Shown here: piece after piece, positions 41,838-54,376 of the stretch
Layout of the letters: every line of letters starts with the position of its first letter
Position numbering within the stretch: the stretch's first letter is position 1
NCBI GenBank assembly: GCA_043228905.1
Contig: JBHGNT010000001.1
Span: 34,596,001-34,660,000, forward strand
DNA length: 64,000 nucleotides
DNA from: Azolla caroliniana
Lineage: Eukaryota > Plantae > Polypodiophyta
Direction of reading: 5' to 3'
Made by a program: the position numbers and the translations under genes
Notes under the pieces: model-generated
Seen by the model: only the letters and a program-made list of their open reading frames with translations
What the model was told of the DNA's origin: nothing
Databases searched by the model: none

Positions 41838-42579
41838 TGATGAAAAGAATTTGCCTTTTTGCAACTCTAGAAATTCCAGTTAATCAGAGTTCAAATGTAC
41901 TGTTAGACAAAGAATCCTCAATACACAAATAAAATGAAATGAAATAAATATTCTAGAAATGCAAATTTATAGTAGCATATTTAAAGCTTGAAAAGCATAT
42001 TTCTGCCTTCCAGCATTTTTAACGAGTATCTATTGACCAACAATATATATATATATATAATTGCCAAATTTTCAAACTAGTACATTTATAGATATACACA
42101 TAGTCTCTCTAGCGACTGTCTAATATCTATAAATAATTCACAAATAAATAAAAGAAATAGCAAAATTATATATAGGGAGAAAAATACACACACACATAAA
42201 GAGTATTTAATATCAATTTAAACATGCAAAATATGTCTTCCAGCATTATTAAGGAATATCTATTAAAACCTAAAAAACAATAAAGAATCAACAATGTTTA
42301 TAAACTATTATATATTTATATGTAAACATCACCATCTGGTGATACCAGGGCAAATAATCAGATATTAACAATCCATGGATCAGAAAACAGATGATGACCA
42401 TACTATGTTAGCCATATGTCCTCAATAACTCTTCTTATTCGAGCACTGGATGTTGTGCACTCATTGGATAACTATAAATGATAGGAGTCAATATAATTCC
42501 CATTGGAAGGGGCCTATGAAGAGGATAAAACGAGTGGATAAGTATCATGATCTTCTGATACTAATTTCAGATCATTGTA

Positions 42580-43120
42580 TGAGCATGTGTTCAATGTGCT
42601 ATTCAAAACAAGAATTGGCACGTTTTCATTGTGATATGAGAATGTGCTCAATGGGTGATGATTGGATACAAGTATCAAATGCTTTCAGTGTGGCATCAAA
42701 ATGTTCAATCTGCACTTTGATGCAAGTATCAACATGCTTTCAATATGTGTCCGAATATGTTCAATGCACGATTTGAAAGTATCAACATGTTTTCAATGTG
42801 GTACTGGAATATCTTTGATGCATGCTTAGATACGAGTATCTGCATACTTCAAATGTACACTACAGAGAGTCTCTGGTTCGTGTTTCAATACACGTATTGA
42901 AATATTTTAAATATGGTACCAGAATATGTTCAATCCACAATTTCCTACAAGTATCCACATGCTCCCGATTGACCAACCAGAATGTGGTCAATGCATGCCT
43001 TGTCAAAAGCATCAGCATGCTTTCAATATGGTCGTATCAGAATATGTTGAACGCAGGTTTTGATGCAAGAATCCAAATTTCTTCAATGTGGTTTAAAAAT
43101 GTGTGCAATGTGATCCAACC
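42580..43120. repeat. Old degenerate minisatellite, about 55-60-bp period, about 8-10 copies
   Basis: AAGTATC(A/C)ACATGCTTTCAAT.TGG...AGAATATGTTCAATGCA-like units start near 42670, 42725, 42778, 42835, 42893, 42949, 43007 and 43067. Confidence 0.7.
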
Positions 43121-46038
43121 ATCACGACATTTTCTAGATGTGGGATCAGCATGTATTCACTGTGATATAAGGATAACCAATCACACATACAATAATGGGA
43201 TCATTTTTTGAGGTGTTTTACAAACTAAAGATAGAAGATTGATGAATCATTCCAAGTTAGAACCATGGATGGATCATGTAAGGTCAGTTTTTCATCCCGT
43301 CAAGAGTACAGACAGCAACAAACACAATAAATTAAGGGTATAATGAAATAAGCTTTTCTGACTACTAACCGTTAATAGGGTCGATGCCAGCACCATAGAA
43401 GATACGTCGAAGAGTGATGTGGACCTTCTACAGCTTCACCTGTACTGTGGCTTCGTTTCTACGTTCAGCATATTTACAGGTACACACATACATACATTAT
43501 GCATACACACATACCGCATATATACATACATACTGATACACACACACATACATACATACATACATACATACATGATACATACATACAGCAGGCCTCTTCT
43601 CCCTCACTCACTCTTTCGGGGATCCTTCTTGTCACAAGTGGTGTACCAGGAAATGGAAAAAAAGAAACAAGTGTTCCAGATGCGTAGTTTGGCCGAAGCA
43701 ATGCAATGTTAGTCTATCCAATCCAATCCGCAATTATTATATCAGACATGTCATCGGCATGCTTTTGAACAAGTTCATGCAGCAAACGAAACAAAGATAC
43801 ATGAGAGCCTTGAACTATGGACTAGGTCATAGTGCAAACTCGGTGAGAAACGAACTCCCCCAAGAAGGAGATCTCCCTGAATCAACGTGGTATGCTCCTC
43901 ATAGCACATAAGTGTTGTCTCGCCTTCATCTAAGCACAAAGATGGCTTTTCTCCTATACAACTAAGCATGGGAAGATGCACCTTTTGACATTTTCTATTT
44001 ATGTTGTCCAATGTATTACTAAGAAACATTTTTAAATAACCAATGTGTAGTCGTGACATGTCATTGTAGCCAAACATTGTTGCATGTCATTATAAAAGTC
44101 ATGGGACATGTATTGGCCTATAAGAATGACATAAATACTATTAGCATCAGAACAATTTGCAAACAAAAAAATATATCACGGCACATGTTATGGAAAATGT
44201 GTTTCCTAGGAAGAAATACAAAGAGCAACAAAAGTTTCTCATAAGTTGTCTCGACATAACTACAACTTTACATTCTCAAGATTCTATATGATATTATAAA
44301 TTCAAGAGGTTAATAGAAATGGGGGTCCCCAATGAAAACCAAAACATGAGAAACATCAAGAGAGAAATTTGTTGTGAATGGATAAAAACAAACTCAACAT
44401 TCTTTAGCTCACACACATAAACAAGATATTATACAATTTTGAATAGGAAAGTGAAAAGAGGCCCACAAAAAAGTCTCCACAGTATTATGTTTTCCTTGAA
44501 AATGCACTGAGGATTATATGTTATTCGCATACATTATGAAATATTCATCATTATGGAAAGTATGATGGTCCAATATTATTTCCATCCTACATCATAAACA
44601 TGCACATGGCAATTGAATAGTGGAGCCTTTTTATAACAATGAATGTTAGGCTAGAAATATTTTTCTAAAAATGATGTGTGTCATTGTAAGCATATTGTGT
44701 AAATTGTGAAGGTTAAGTAGCTGACAAGTTATGTGCTTTAAACCTATATGTACCACAAGAAAGTGGAAAAGTTTTTATATTTAGAAAATATTGTCATTTT
44801 ATTGCATTATTTGTAAAACAAGATAAGGAAAAGAAATTAGAAATACTCCATGATTAATCATAGACATTGTTTATAAGACATGGAAGTATTTCTATGTGTT
44901 TTGTAGTATTATAAGTCCATTTTTCACAAAGCGTATAGATAACCAGTCAAAATGTTAAGGTGTTTGTTGTTATGATTGTGTTTCAAAGAGTAACGATATC
45001 TTATAGATTAAATCATGTTTTATACTTCACCTCATCATGTTTCGATCTTGTGAATCATATCGTGGGAGATACATATTTTGAAGCCATATTTAGTAGTTGG
45101 TTATATCTTATTTAAGAGTCTATTATTATTGGTTATTACTTAGTTATATATTTGTTTATCATTGCATAATCATCCTCCATTTTGTTAATATACATATTCT
45201 TCTCTATGTCTCTTTATATCATTCTATCTCTCCCTCTACTTGGTGGTTTACATTGTAGCATCTAAATCATGCACACACGCACACACACATGAGAGAGAGC
45301 CCTTTTGGAAGCCCCATCCGTGTATAATGAGAGAAATTACACATGATGATGTAGAGAGGGAGAAGAGGAAGGAAGATGCATAGATATCATGTGAGTTTCA
45401 TCCAAGGAGTAATAACAAGTGTTGAACCTAGATAACAAGCATCGATCAAACCCTTCTTTAACCGACAACTTGTTGTTGCAATTCCAACATCGAAACGATG
45501 ACTTTGACAATCCCGCAAAGCATAAAATACTCACACAAGAAAGTGAGAGAAACCACTCATGTGATGTAAACCGATACTAGTTTGCGCAGTTCAAGAGTGT
45601 TAAAAATAGTGTGGAGTTTGTTTGAAGTATGCATGGAGCCATTTTGTTTCAGAATATGTACATAAGGGTGAGAAGGGCCATCGAGCTGGGATGATGCGGG
45701 GCATAACGCGTGTCTACCGTTATAGTGGCTCTTTGATCGATCGATCGATCTATCTATCTATCTATACATACATATATATACATACATACATACTTACTTA
45801 CTTACATATATATAATGTAGGGCATGTGTTGAGGAGGTCATTTGGGTGAAGGAGTCCAAAGTGTGTGGGAGAGCGGGGTATGGAATGATAGGGGCCATGA
45901 CCATGGGCAATGGCAGGGGCAGGGGCAGGGGCAGGGGAAGCTCAGGGGCATCTGTGAAGATAAGGGAAACAATGCGAGGAAGGATATGGTAGCTCGTTAT
46001 GGGTATCGAATCAGATGGCAATATTGGGGTCCAATTAG

Positions 46039-48465
46039 ATGGCATCTCTGCTCTCCTTGGCGTCTTCGAACTCCCAAATTCTCCTCAGCAAAACCAGGTT
46101 CTTGTTCTGTTGAGCGAGCAAGAGAGAAGAAAAGAGAGTATTTGTCCTTTGTTAATACACTTGCTCTGTTCTGTCAGGGTTACTTGCATCCCAATTTTGT
46201 TTAGTAGCTTCCGATTAATGAAGAGGAATGGTTCTTGCTATAATGCAAGGAGACTCCCCAATTTGCTATATTAGTGCTTGCTTATTTACCTCTGTTTTCT
46301 AAAATCAAAGTTATGCTACGTCTCTTCACACCCACATACACATATGTATATCTGTGTGTGAATGTTCATGTAGCAGGGAGGCCGATGTGTCAATGTTGGA
46401 TCAAATTGATTAAAAATTCCAGCTGCTGATATGTTACTGTGTGATGGAAAGTGAAAACCAATTCGAATTCTGGCAATTGCTATGATTGTCGATTACAAAT
46501 CTTTGCAGTTCATATAGTTTTACTTTTCTAGACTGTCTGGTGATTATGAAGGCTTTTTGCATAATAAGACTGGTTATTTTTAAATGAGAGAGGTAGATGT
46601 AAAAAATAAATAAATCTATATAATAATATTGTACCCTTGACAAAGTATTAAAAGAGGAAGAGAGAGAGGTCTTGGTGTAGATATAACTGCAAGAATACCA
46701 ATGGGAACAAGGTCATCATATCTTGCCAAAATATCATCCCATCTACTATTTGGGACTTGAAGGGCCATTCGTGTAAAGCCATTGCTTCGGTGTTGGTTGC
46801 AGCGTTAGTGGTCAACAATGCACATCAGGTATTCTATGTGGAGCAATATTTTTCCAAGAGCACTCTGGGAATATTGTTGATTTGAATGGCTTGCTTGTTT
46901 TTCTGAAGGAAGACACCCCAATTTTATTTTAGTTTTCTTCGGCTATTCCTCAGTTTTTCAAAAGATACCAGAATACCCCTGTGGTAGAAGGAAAATTCAT
47001 CTCTACAGAGGAATATCTGGTAAAGCTTGAAAAGTTGGGGGTACTATGATAAATACTCAACAAGTCAAGGTTCGCAAGGAAAAACTTAGGGGTGTTTATC
47101 ATCAAATGGCTATTTTTCACAGATTTTGAAAACTTTTTGGCTATTATTATGATGAATTTTTAAATATTGGCCTGAGCTTATAATGCATCGAGGAAATGCA
47201 AATATTATTTACAGAAAATAAACTAAGCATTTAGTAAGTCTGATAGGTTCCTTATTTTTTTCCATGGAATTTAGGGGTATTTTACCCTTATATAAATAAA
47301 CTGAAGTTTTTTACCAGGCTTTTGCGGAGAGCAATCATATCAGCAATACCTTGTGTCAAATAGCAGCTGTTCCCATTGACACTGTCCTAAGACTAGAGGG
47401 CACATCAGATGGTGAAATACCTTTTGTTATGGGAGGCATGACAGCTAAAAATTTTAATCCAGCAAGATATGCAGGAAGATGGTTCGAAGTTGCATCTTTG
47501 AAACGTGGATTTGCAGGACAAGGTCAAGAAGATTGTCATTGTACACAGGTTAGACTTGGAATTAGAAAATCATACCATTTCATCATTGACTAGGATAATG
47601 ACCTCACCTTGCAAAATAGTGGGTTGTCATGATATGATGAATAGAAACAATGTAGTGTTTATTTATTTATTTTTTGCGGGGAGGGGGGGATTACTCACGT
47701 GTCACTATAATGATTGGAAAATACCAAAAAAATGTGTGTTTTTCATTTGATTTCATGCTTCCATAGGGCTTGTATACATTTGACGAGAAGAAGAAAGCAA
47801 TAGAAGTGGATACTTTTTGTGCGCATGGCAGCCCAGATGGATATATAACTGGTATAAGAGGGGTTGTCAAGTGTGTCGAGGATACTGACATCATGATGGC
47901 AGAGACAGACGAAGAAAGACAGGAAATGATTGCATCCAAATGTTTTCTGAAATTTCCGTATCTACCCTTTATTCCTAAGGAGCCTTATGATGTCATTGAC
48001 ACGGATTATGATAATTTTGCGCTCGTGTCAGGAGCGAAGGACAAGAGCTTTGTGCAGGTACCTAGATAGTTTTTGATTCAATACTCCAGAAATGCAACAC
48101 ATATTTCAGCAAAATAATTTCTTGGATTTCAATTTTGTTGTTGAATATGGACTAATGACAAAACTAATTGTTCATAATTTCTGTAGATATATTCACGAAC
48201 ACCAAATCCAGGTCCAGAATTCATCGAAAAATACAAAAACTACTTGGGAACCATAGGATACAATGTAAAACAAATCAAAGATACACCCCAAGATTGTAAA
48301 GATACATCTATGGGGCAACTTCAAGAAATGATGGCAATGCCAGGAATGCAAGAGGCTTTGAACAATCGCTTCCCAGATTTGGAACTAAAACGACCTGTTC
48401 AATTTGATCCTTTAACTAGTGTCTTTGATACTTTCCGGAAACTTCTTGAACTGTACTTCAAATAG
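46039..48465 (+). CDS. CHL: Chloroplastic (thylakoid lumen) lipocalin CHL/LCNP; exons approx. 46039-46097, 46681-46828 (5' exons tentative), 47318-47548, 47768-48057, 48187-48465
   Basis: GMTAKNFNPARYAGRWFEVASLKRGFAGQGQEDCHCTQ, DTFCAHGSPDGYITGIRG, PYDVIDTDYDNFALVSGAKDKSFVQIYSRTPNPGPEF. A hydrophobic stretch followed by AFA precedes the mature domain, consistent with lumenal cleavage. Confidence 0.92.
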
Positions 48466-48767
48466 CATGGCTGAAGTATTTTCAAAATCCTTTTATGTCA
48501 TCTTGGTTTTTAAAGAAAATTTAGTGTGTATTCATGATCAAGCAAACAAAACTATTTTATCTTCTTCACAATCAATAAAACAAAATTGTTTGCTTACTTG
48601 TTGCAGCCCTTACACTTAACTCACTCAGTCACTCTCTCTTTTATCATAATTAGCTTACCCTAGTGGAAAGTTGTTACACTATTAGCACTATATCTTGGGT
48701 TCGAAACCCAATTTCGAACCTCTCTATTACTCCATATATATCTCTTAATTTACTAGATGCCATTGTG

Positions 48768-48835
48768 GAATGTAGGGATTGAACTTGTGACCTGGTCTCA
48801 ATTGGGCAACCTTACCAATTGAGCTACATCTATCT
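48768..48835 (-). mobile_element. tRNA-derived SINE-like head with Pol III A and B boxes
   Basis: The minus strand reads TAGCTCAATTGG...GTTCAATCC. No complete cloverleaf forms. Confidence 0.45.
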
Positions 48836-49248
48836 GGGCACATTCTCTCTCTGTCTCTCATAAAAACAACATGACAATACAAAAATTCTTTGATGTGCCT
48901 ACCACAAATGTGAGGAGCTTATGCAATTGAAACTTGTAAGGCGTTGCAAGACTAAGTGATGTAAAAGCAACTCCTCCCCTAACAAGGTGCCCATAAACCT
49001 TCATTGTGAAAACTACTAAATCATTCCCCCTTACCAACTGAGCTACATCTATTTGGGCACTTTCTCTCTGTCTCTCATGAAAACAACATGATAATAGGAA
49101 AATTCTTTGATGTGCCTACTACAATTGTGAGTATCTTATGCAATTTAAACTTCTAAGGTGTCGCAAGACTAAGTGATGTAAAAGCAACACCTCTCCTAAC
49201 AAGGTGCCCGCAAACCTTCATTGTGAAAACTACGAAATCATTTCCCCT
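48810..49248. repeat. Tandem duplication, about 219-bp unit, 2 copies
   Basis: CCTTACCAA.TGAGCTACATCTAT...CATTGTGAAAACTAC.AAATCATT.CCCC occurs twice. Confidence 0.88.
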
Positions 49249-50152
49249 TTCAGCCTATAGGCCATGTGCACATTGTGGTACTCTAGACATCATCAAACAA
49301 GAACCGTTTTTTCATACTCTAATTGTACAATATACCTCTACAACTAATGTAGTCAGAGACAACCTTATACAATGGGGAGGGCAAAGTTCTAGTTCTTGAT
49401 TGAAAACCCACCAAAAGAGTCGCAATATTTCCTTAGTTAATGAGCCCCAACCAGAATATAGACACAAGGCCTATGGGACATAACATATCCAATAGTGTTT
49501 GGCTCTTCAAGTGAGGATCCTCATATTCAAGAGAGAGATAGACAAAGGGAAGGGGGTATTTTGATCAATTTTTAATATGGCAAAGCAAAGAGATAAGTAA
49601 AGTTGTGATTTGGCACCCATTAATGCACAATTGCTTCCTTCAAAACAATCAACAAAGAAAAAAAAAGAGTAGGAGTATAATCAACCTTTATCGATCTATA
49701 CATTGTTAAGGAACCGAGTTTGGTCAAGGATGGGCGATTTGATGACGCTAATTAATTCAATCATTAATTAATCCATAAATAAAAGAAAGAGGAAATAAGG
49801 TCTTTTGTGAGGAGTAGCGACACATGGGTTTCATTAGTTACATAAACCGAACCTCAGTCTAAATGAGGAAAAGCTTGGGTCTCGATGAAGAAAGGTCCAT
49901 ATGTTTTTGGTGTGAAAAGGGAAATGAGCTATGAAGGGGCGATTCGTGTAATTTCCTAAAATTATGAGGCGGAGTAGGAAGGGCAGTTTGTGCAAATACC
50001 AGAAACCTGCATAGCCAGCCCTTACTCTGTTCACGATTTCTCTTCTTCTTCTTCTTCTTCTTCTTCTTCACTATATGTATTGTACATACATATATATATT
50101 TATGGTCCTTTTCGACGAGGAGATAGTTGAGATAAGATAGCTCAAACTCTCC

Positions 50153-52399
50153 ATGGCTATGGCAGCTACTGCAACGACTCTACCTTCCTCATCTTCTTCC
50201 TCATTCTGGTCGAAAGAACAATTCGTGTCTGTCTCTCAGCGTGGAATCTCCATTTCCGTAAGGGCGAGAAAACCTCTGTCTCTGCGAGCTTCTTCTTCTG
50301 TTGCTTCTCCTCCGTCTGATGCGAATCTTGACACAATGCCTCGTCTGAAAGGAATCTATGTCAACAATGTTATTCCTGCTCTCTCGGAAGAGTTCAAGTA
50401 TGGAAATGTCTTACAGGTATTCTTCTGTCTCCTCTTACATAGTTTTGATTCTCTTATCCCAATTCTGTTCTCTGTTTCTTCATAAAATTATCCATGTTTT
50501 GGAATCTTTTTTTCATCATAGACTAACGTTACTATTGGAAAAGTTTACCTGGCACTCATATTTGAGTTCTGTTTACTCTATCGTGGGTTTCTTCGTCATT
50601 GACTAATCCTAAATTTGGCTTCCTTTTCTTCATAGATTTTATAGTATTGTATACTTTTAACTATAGAATTGGGAATATCTTTACTCTAAATTAGGGTATT
50701 TGCTTACCCTAATTTTGATATCTGATCTTAAGTTCCTTTTTGCACTAGATTTGGGGTTTTTACTCTAATTTTTGGATAATTTTCTTCATAAATTATGCCT
50801 AAAAGCCATATATTTACTTCATTAATTGTGTGCTCAAGGATTTTTCTGGAGTTTGGCTCCAATGTGCTTTTATATCTATCCGAAAATTGGCTTATAGTTT
50901 GTCATAAATTTACTCTAAGCTTACTTGACCCACCCTAACTCTGGGATTATGTTCGTTTCAAATGCTCAACCTAAATCTGCCCCCAATGTATTAAAATATC
51001 TATCCTAATTTGTGTGCGCTTATGTATACATTTTCCTAAGGTTCTGGGAGATAACAAGATTGTGGTTAACCATGGTGTTTTTTATCCTAACCTTCAGTGT
51101 TCCTTCATAGACGTAACATAAACCTGATAAAAAAAAAACTATGCCCTAAATTTTCGCCATCCTATCTATTAACAGATCTACCTTCTCCTTGTGCTTATGT
51201 ATACATTTTTTTTCCGTTTCGGAAGGTTCCAAGAGTAGAGAAGATCGTGGTAAACTGTGGTGTGGGCGAGGCGTCTCAGAATGCGAAAGTTCTTGAGAAT
51301 GCAATCAAAGACATCTCCACAGTTACAGGGCAAAGACCATGCATAACTCGAGCGAAGAAAGCTATAGCTGGTTTCAAGATCCGTGCCGGTGTACCTGTCG
51401 GTATTGCTGTTACCCTCAGAGGAGAGGTATATTGTGTTCTTTGTCTTTTTTCCTTAGAAAAAACTTCTAATTTTTTGTCCCTTCATGTTCTCAATGGGTA
51501 ACCTCGAAAAAACGTTTCTCACTTTGTTATAAGGTTTGCATATTTTTACATCTATTTCATTCTGTGTCCCATTGTCATCAATAGTATCTAGGAAGAGACT
51601 TGCATTTTTTACATCTATTCTGAATCTTTTGTATTGTCCATTTACATGCTTTCAAATAGGATTCAGGATGTTTCTTCAATCGAACAATTGCATTCTACTT
51701 ATTCTTCGTCTATTTCATTGCTATCTCTTTTATGTTTGCAACTACATCTAGGAGGTTTTCTTATTAAAAGACTTGCATTTTGCTTGAATGTTGTGTCAAT
51801 AGTTTGGGTAATCCTTTTTGAAGGTTTTAACCAGTTTTTCCATCAAAAGATTTGCAAGATTTGCAATATATTTTATGTTACCTGTTATGTAAAGTGCATC
51901 TCAAAGATTTTTTCATGAGAAGGCTTGTATGGTTTCATGAAGTTAAAAATAAAACCATTTCTAAACGAAGTTATTTATTTGTCAAAGGCATCCATCAGAG
52001 TGTTTGTTTCATTGTGATACAATGCAGCTTATGTACTCCTTCTTGGATCGGTTGATGAACTTGGTGCTTCCTCGTACACGTGATTTTTTGGGTGTGAATC
52101 CATATAGCTTTGATGGCAAAGGAAACTACAATCTAGGGCTCAAAGAGCAAGGTGTCTTCCCTGAGATCAAATTTGACAATATAGATAAGCCAAGAGGGAT
52201 GGATGTATCCATTATAACAACCGCAAGGACCGATAAGGAAGGTCAAAGACTTTTGACTTTGCTTGGTATGCCGTTCCGAGCAGGTGATATCTCGAATAGA
52301 CCACCCGTCCAACGGAAGAGGAAAGGTAAATTCTCTATTAAAGGATACAAAGGAGCCAAAACGTCAGGCAAGTCGACAAAATCCAAGAAGAAGAAATGA
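50153..52399 (+). CDS. RPL5: Nuclear-encoded plastid 50S ribosomal protein L5; exons 50153-50416, 51226-51426, 52029-52399
   Basis: Ser-rich transit peptide, then PRLK..Y...[43 protein letters not shown] and [31 protein letters not shown], with a Lys-rich tail. Confidence 0.95.
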
Positions 52400-52616
52400 G
52401 GTCTTAAATCTCTCTTCTAATACTCCTATGTTTCATTTTATTGGCTCTCTATGTGAATGGTTTATGTATTCGTTCATCCATCTTTCTTTCTTTCTTTTTG
52501 TCTCTTTACATTTTGCCTTTGGGCCTCGCAACCTTGTAGCTTTTCTCCCATGATTCTCGTACACATTTTTCAGCTCGTTCTAGGAGAGTTTTTTATGATA
52601 AAGCGTGCTTTGTATG

Positions 52617-53990
52617 AAATTAGGACTGTACCTTAGAAACATGTAAAATCTGATGAACATTCCAAAATTGGAGGGCATTCATCAATATGGATTTTTAAAG
52701 ATTATCATGTGCAATTTTAAAGCAGTGTGTGAGTTGAAAATGTGTATTAGCATGATGTGGATTACTACTTTACTCTTGAAGATCACCATTGCAAGATCAA
52801 GATCCGTATGCTATGCCGTGTGCAGAAATGTTCAATATGATGAGTAAATTAGGACTGTACCTTAGAAACATGTAAAATCTGATGAACATTCCAAAATTGG
52901 AGGGCATTCATCAATATGGATTTTTAAAGATTATCATGTGCAATTTTAAAGCAGTGTGTGAGTTGAAAATGTGTATTAGCATGATGTGGATTACTACTTT
53001 ACTCTTGAAGATCACCATTGCAAGATCAAGATCCGTATGCTATGCCGTGTGCAGAAATGTTCAATATGATGAGTAAATTAGGACTGTACCTTAGAAACAT
53101 GTAAAATCTGATGAACATTCCAAAATTGGAGGGCATTCATCAATATGGATTTTTAAAGATTATCATGTGCAATTTTAAAGCAGTGTGTGAGTTGAAAATG
53201 TGTATTAGCATGATGTGGATTACTACTTTACTCTTGAAGATCACCATTGCAAGATCAAGATCCGTATGCTATGCCGTGTGCAGAAATGTTCAATATGATG
53301 AGTAAATTAGGACTGTACCTTAGAAACATGTAAAATCTGATGAACATTCCAAAATTGGAGGGCATTCATCAATATGGATTTTTAAAGATTATCATGTGCA
53401 ATTTTAAAGCAGTGTGTGAGTTGAAAATGTGTATTAGCATGATGTGGATTACTACTTTACTCTTGAAGATCACCATTGCAAGATCAAGATCCGTATGCTA
53501 TGCCGTGTGCAGAAATGTTCAATATGATGAGTAAATTAGGACTGTACCTTAGAAACATGTAAAATCTGATGAACATTCCAAAATTGGAGGGCATTCATCA
53601 ATATGGATTTTTAAAGATTATCATGTGCAATTTTAAAGCAGTGTGTGAGTTGAAAATGTGTATTAGCATGATGTGGATTACTACTTTACTCTTGAAGATC
53701 ACCATTGCAAGATCAAGATCCGTATGCTATGCCGTGTGCAGAAATGTTCAATATGATGAGTAAATTAGGACTGTACCTTAGAAACATGTAAAATCTGATG
53801 AACATTCCAAAATTGGAGGGCATTCATCAATATGGATTTTTAAAGATTATCATGTGCAATTTTAAAGCAGTGTGTGAGTTGAAAATGTGTATTAGCATGA
53901 TGTGGATTACTACTTTACTCTTGAAGATCACCATTGCAAGATCAAGATCCGTATGCTATGCCGTGTGCAGAAATGTTCAATATGATGAGT
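52617..53990. repeat. Tandem array: six apparently identical copies of a 229-bp unit
   Basis: The unit AAATTAGGACTG...TATGATGAGT starts at 52617, 52846, 53075, 53304, 53533 and 53762. The ORF track repeats the same 64-aa sequence every 229 bp. Confidence 0.97.
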
Positions 53991-54070
53991 ATATGCTGTA
54001 TCCTCTGAGAGTTTAATTTCAGATTGAAACCATATCTCATTCCAATGTCTCTATTGCAAATACATTCACT

Positions 54071-54343
54071 ATTAGGAACTGTAACTTGGAAACATGTAAA
54101 ATGCGATGAACATTCCAAATTTGGAGGGTGTTCATCGATATGGACTTTAAAGATTATCATTTGCAAGTTTAAAGTAATGTATGAGTTGAAAATGAGTATT
54201 AGCATGATCTGGATTATTACTTAACTCTTGAAGATCCCCATTGCAAGATCGAGATCGGTGTGCTATGCTATGCTGTGTACACTTGGTTATCATAGAACTG
54301 TTCAATATGATGAATATATGCTGTATTCTCTGAGATTTTAATT
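54071..54343. repeat. Older diverged copy of the 229-bp unit plus its 3' flank
   Basis: ATTAGGAACTGTAACTTGGAAACATGTAAAAT...TTCAATATGATGAATATATGCTGTATTCTCTGAGA aligns to the unit and to 53991-54018. Confidence 0.9.
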
Positions 54344-54376
54344 TAGGAAGTACACACGAATGACAGCTCACTTGGG

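Noticed and set aside
48768-48835. Functional tRNA gene
   Set aside because: It has A and B boxes but no proper acceptor or anticodon stems.
52617-53990. CRISPR-like array
   Set aside because: The units are fully identical with no variable spacers, there are no cas genes, and the context is eukaryotic.
52653-54016. Six repeated 64-aa ORFs (MNIPKLEG...) as a peptide gene array
   Set aside because: They are a by-product of the 229-bp DNA repeat. There is no recognisable domain or signal peptide, and the diverged copy breaks the frame.
54104-54137. Apparent compensatory base change in the hairpin of the repeat unit (TGATGAA..TTCATCA vs CGATGAA..TTCATCG)
   Set aside because: Both changes are CpG to TpG/CpA transitions expected from methyl-cytosine deamination, so they are not evidence of selection on RNA structure.
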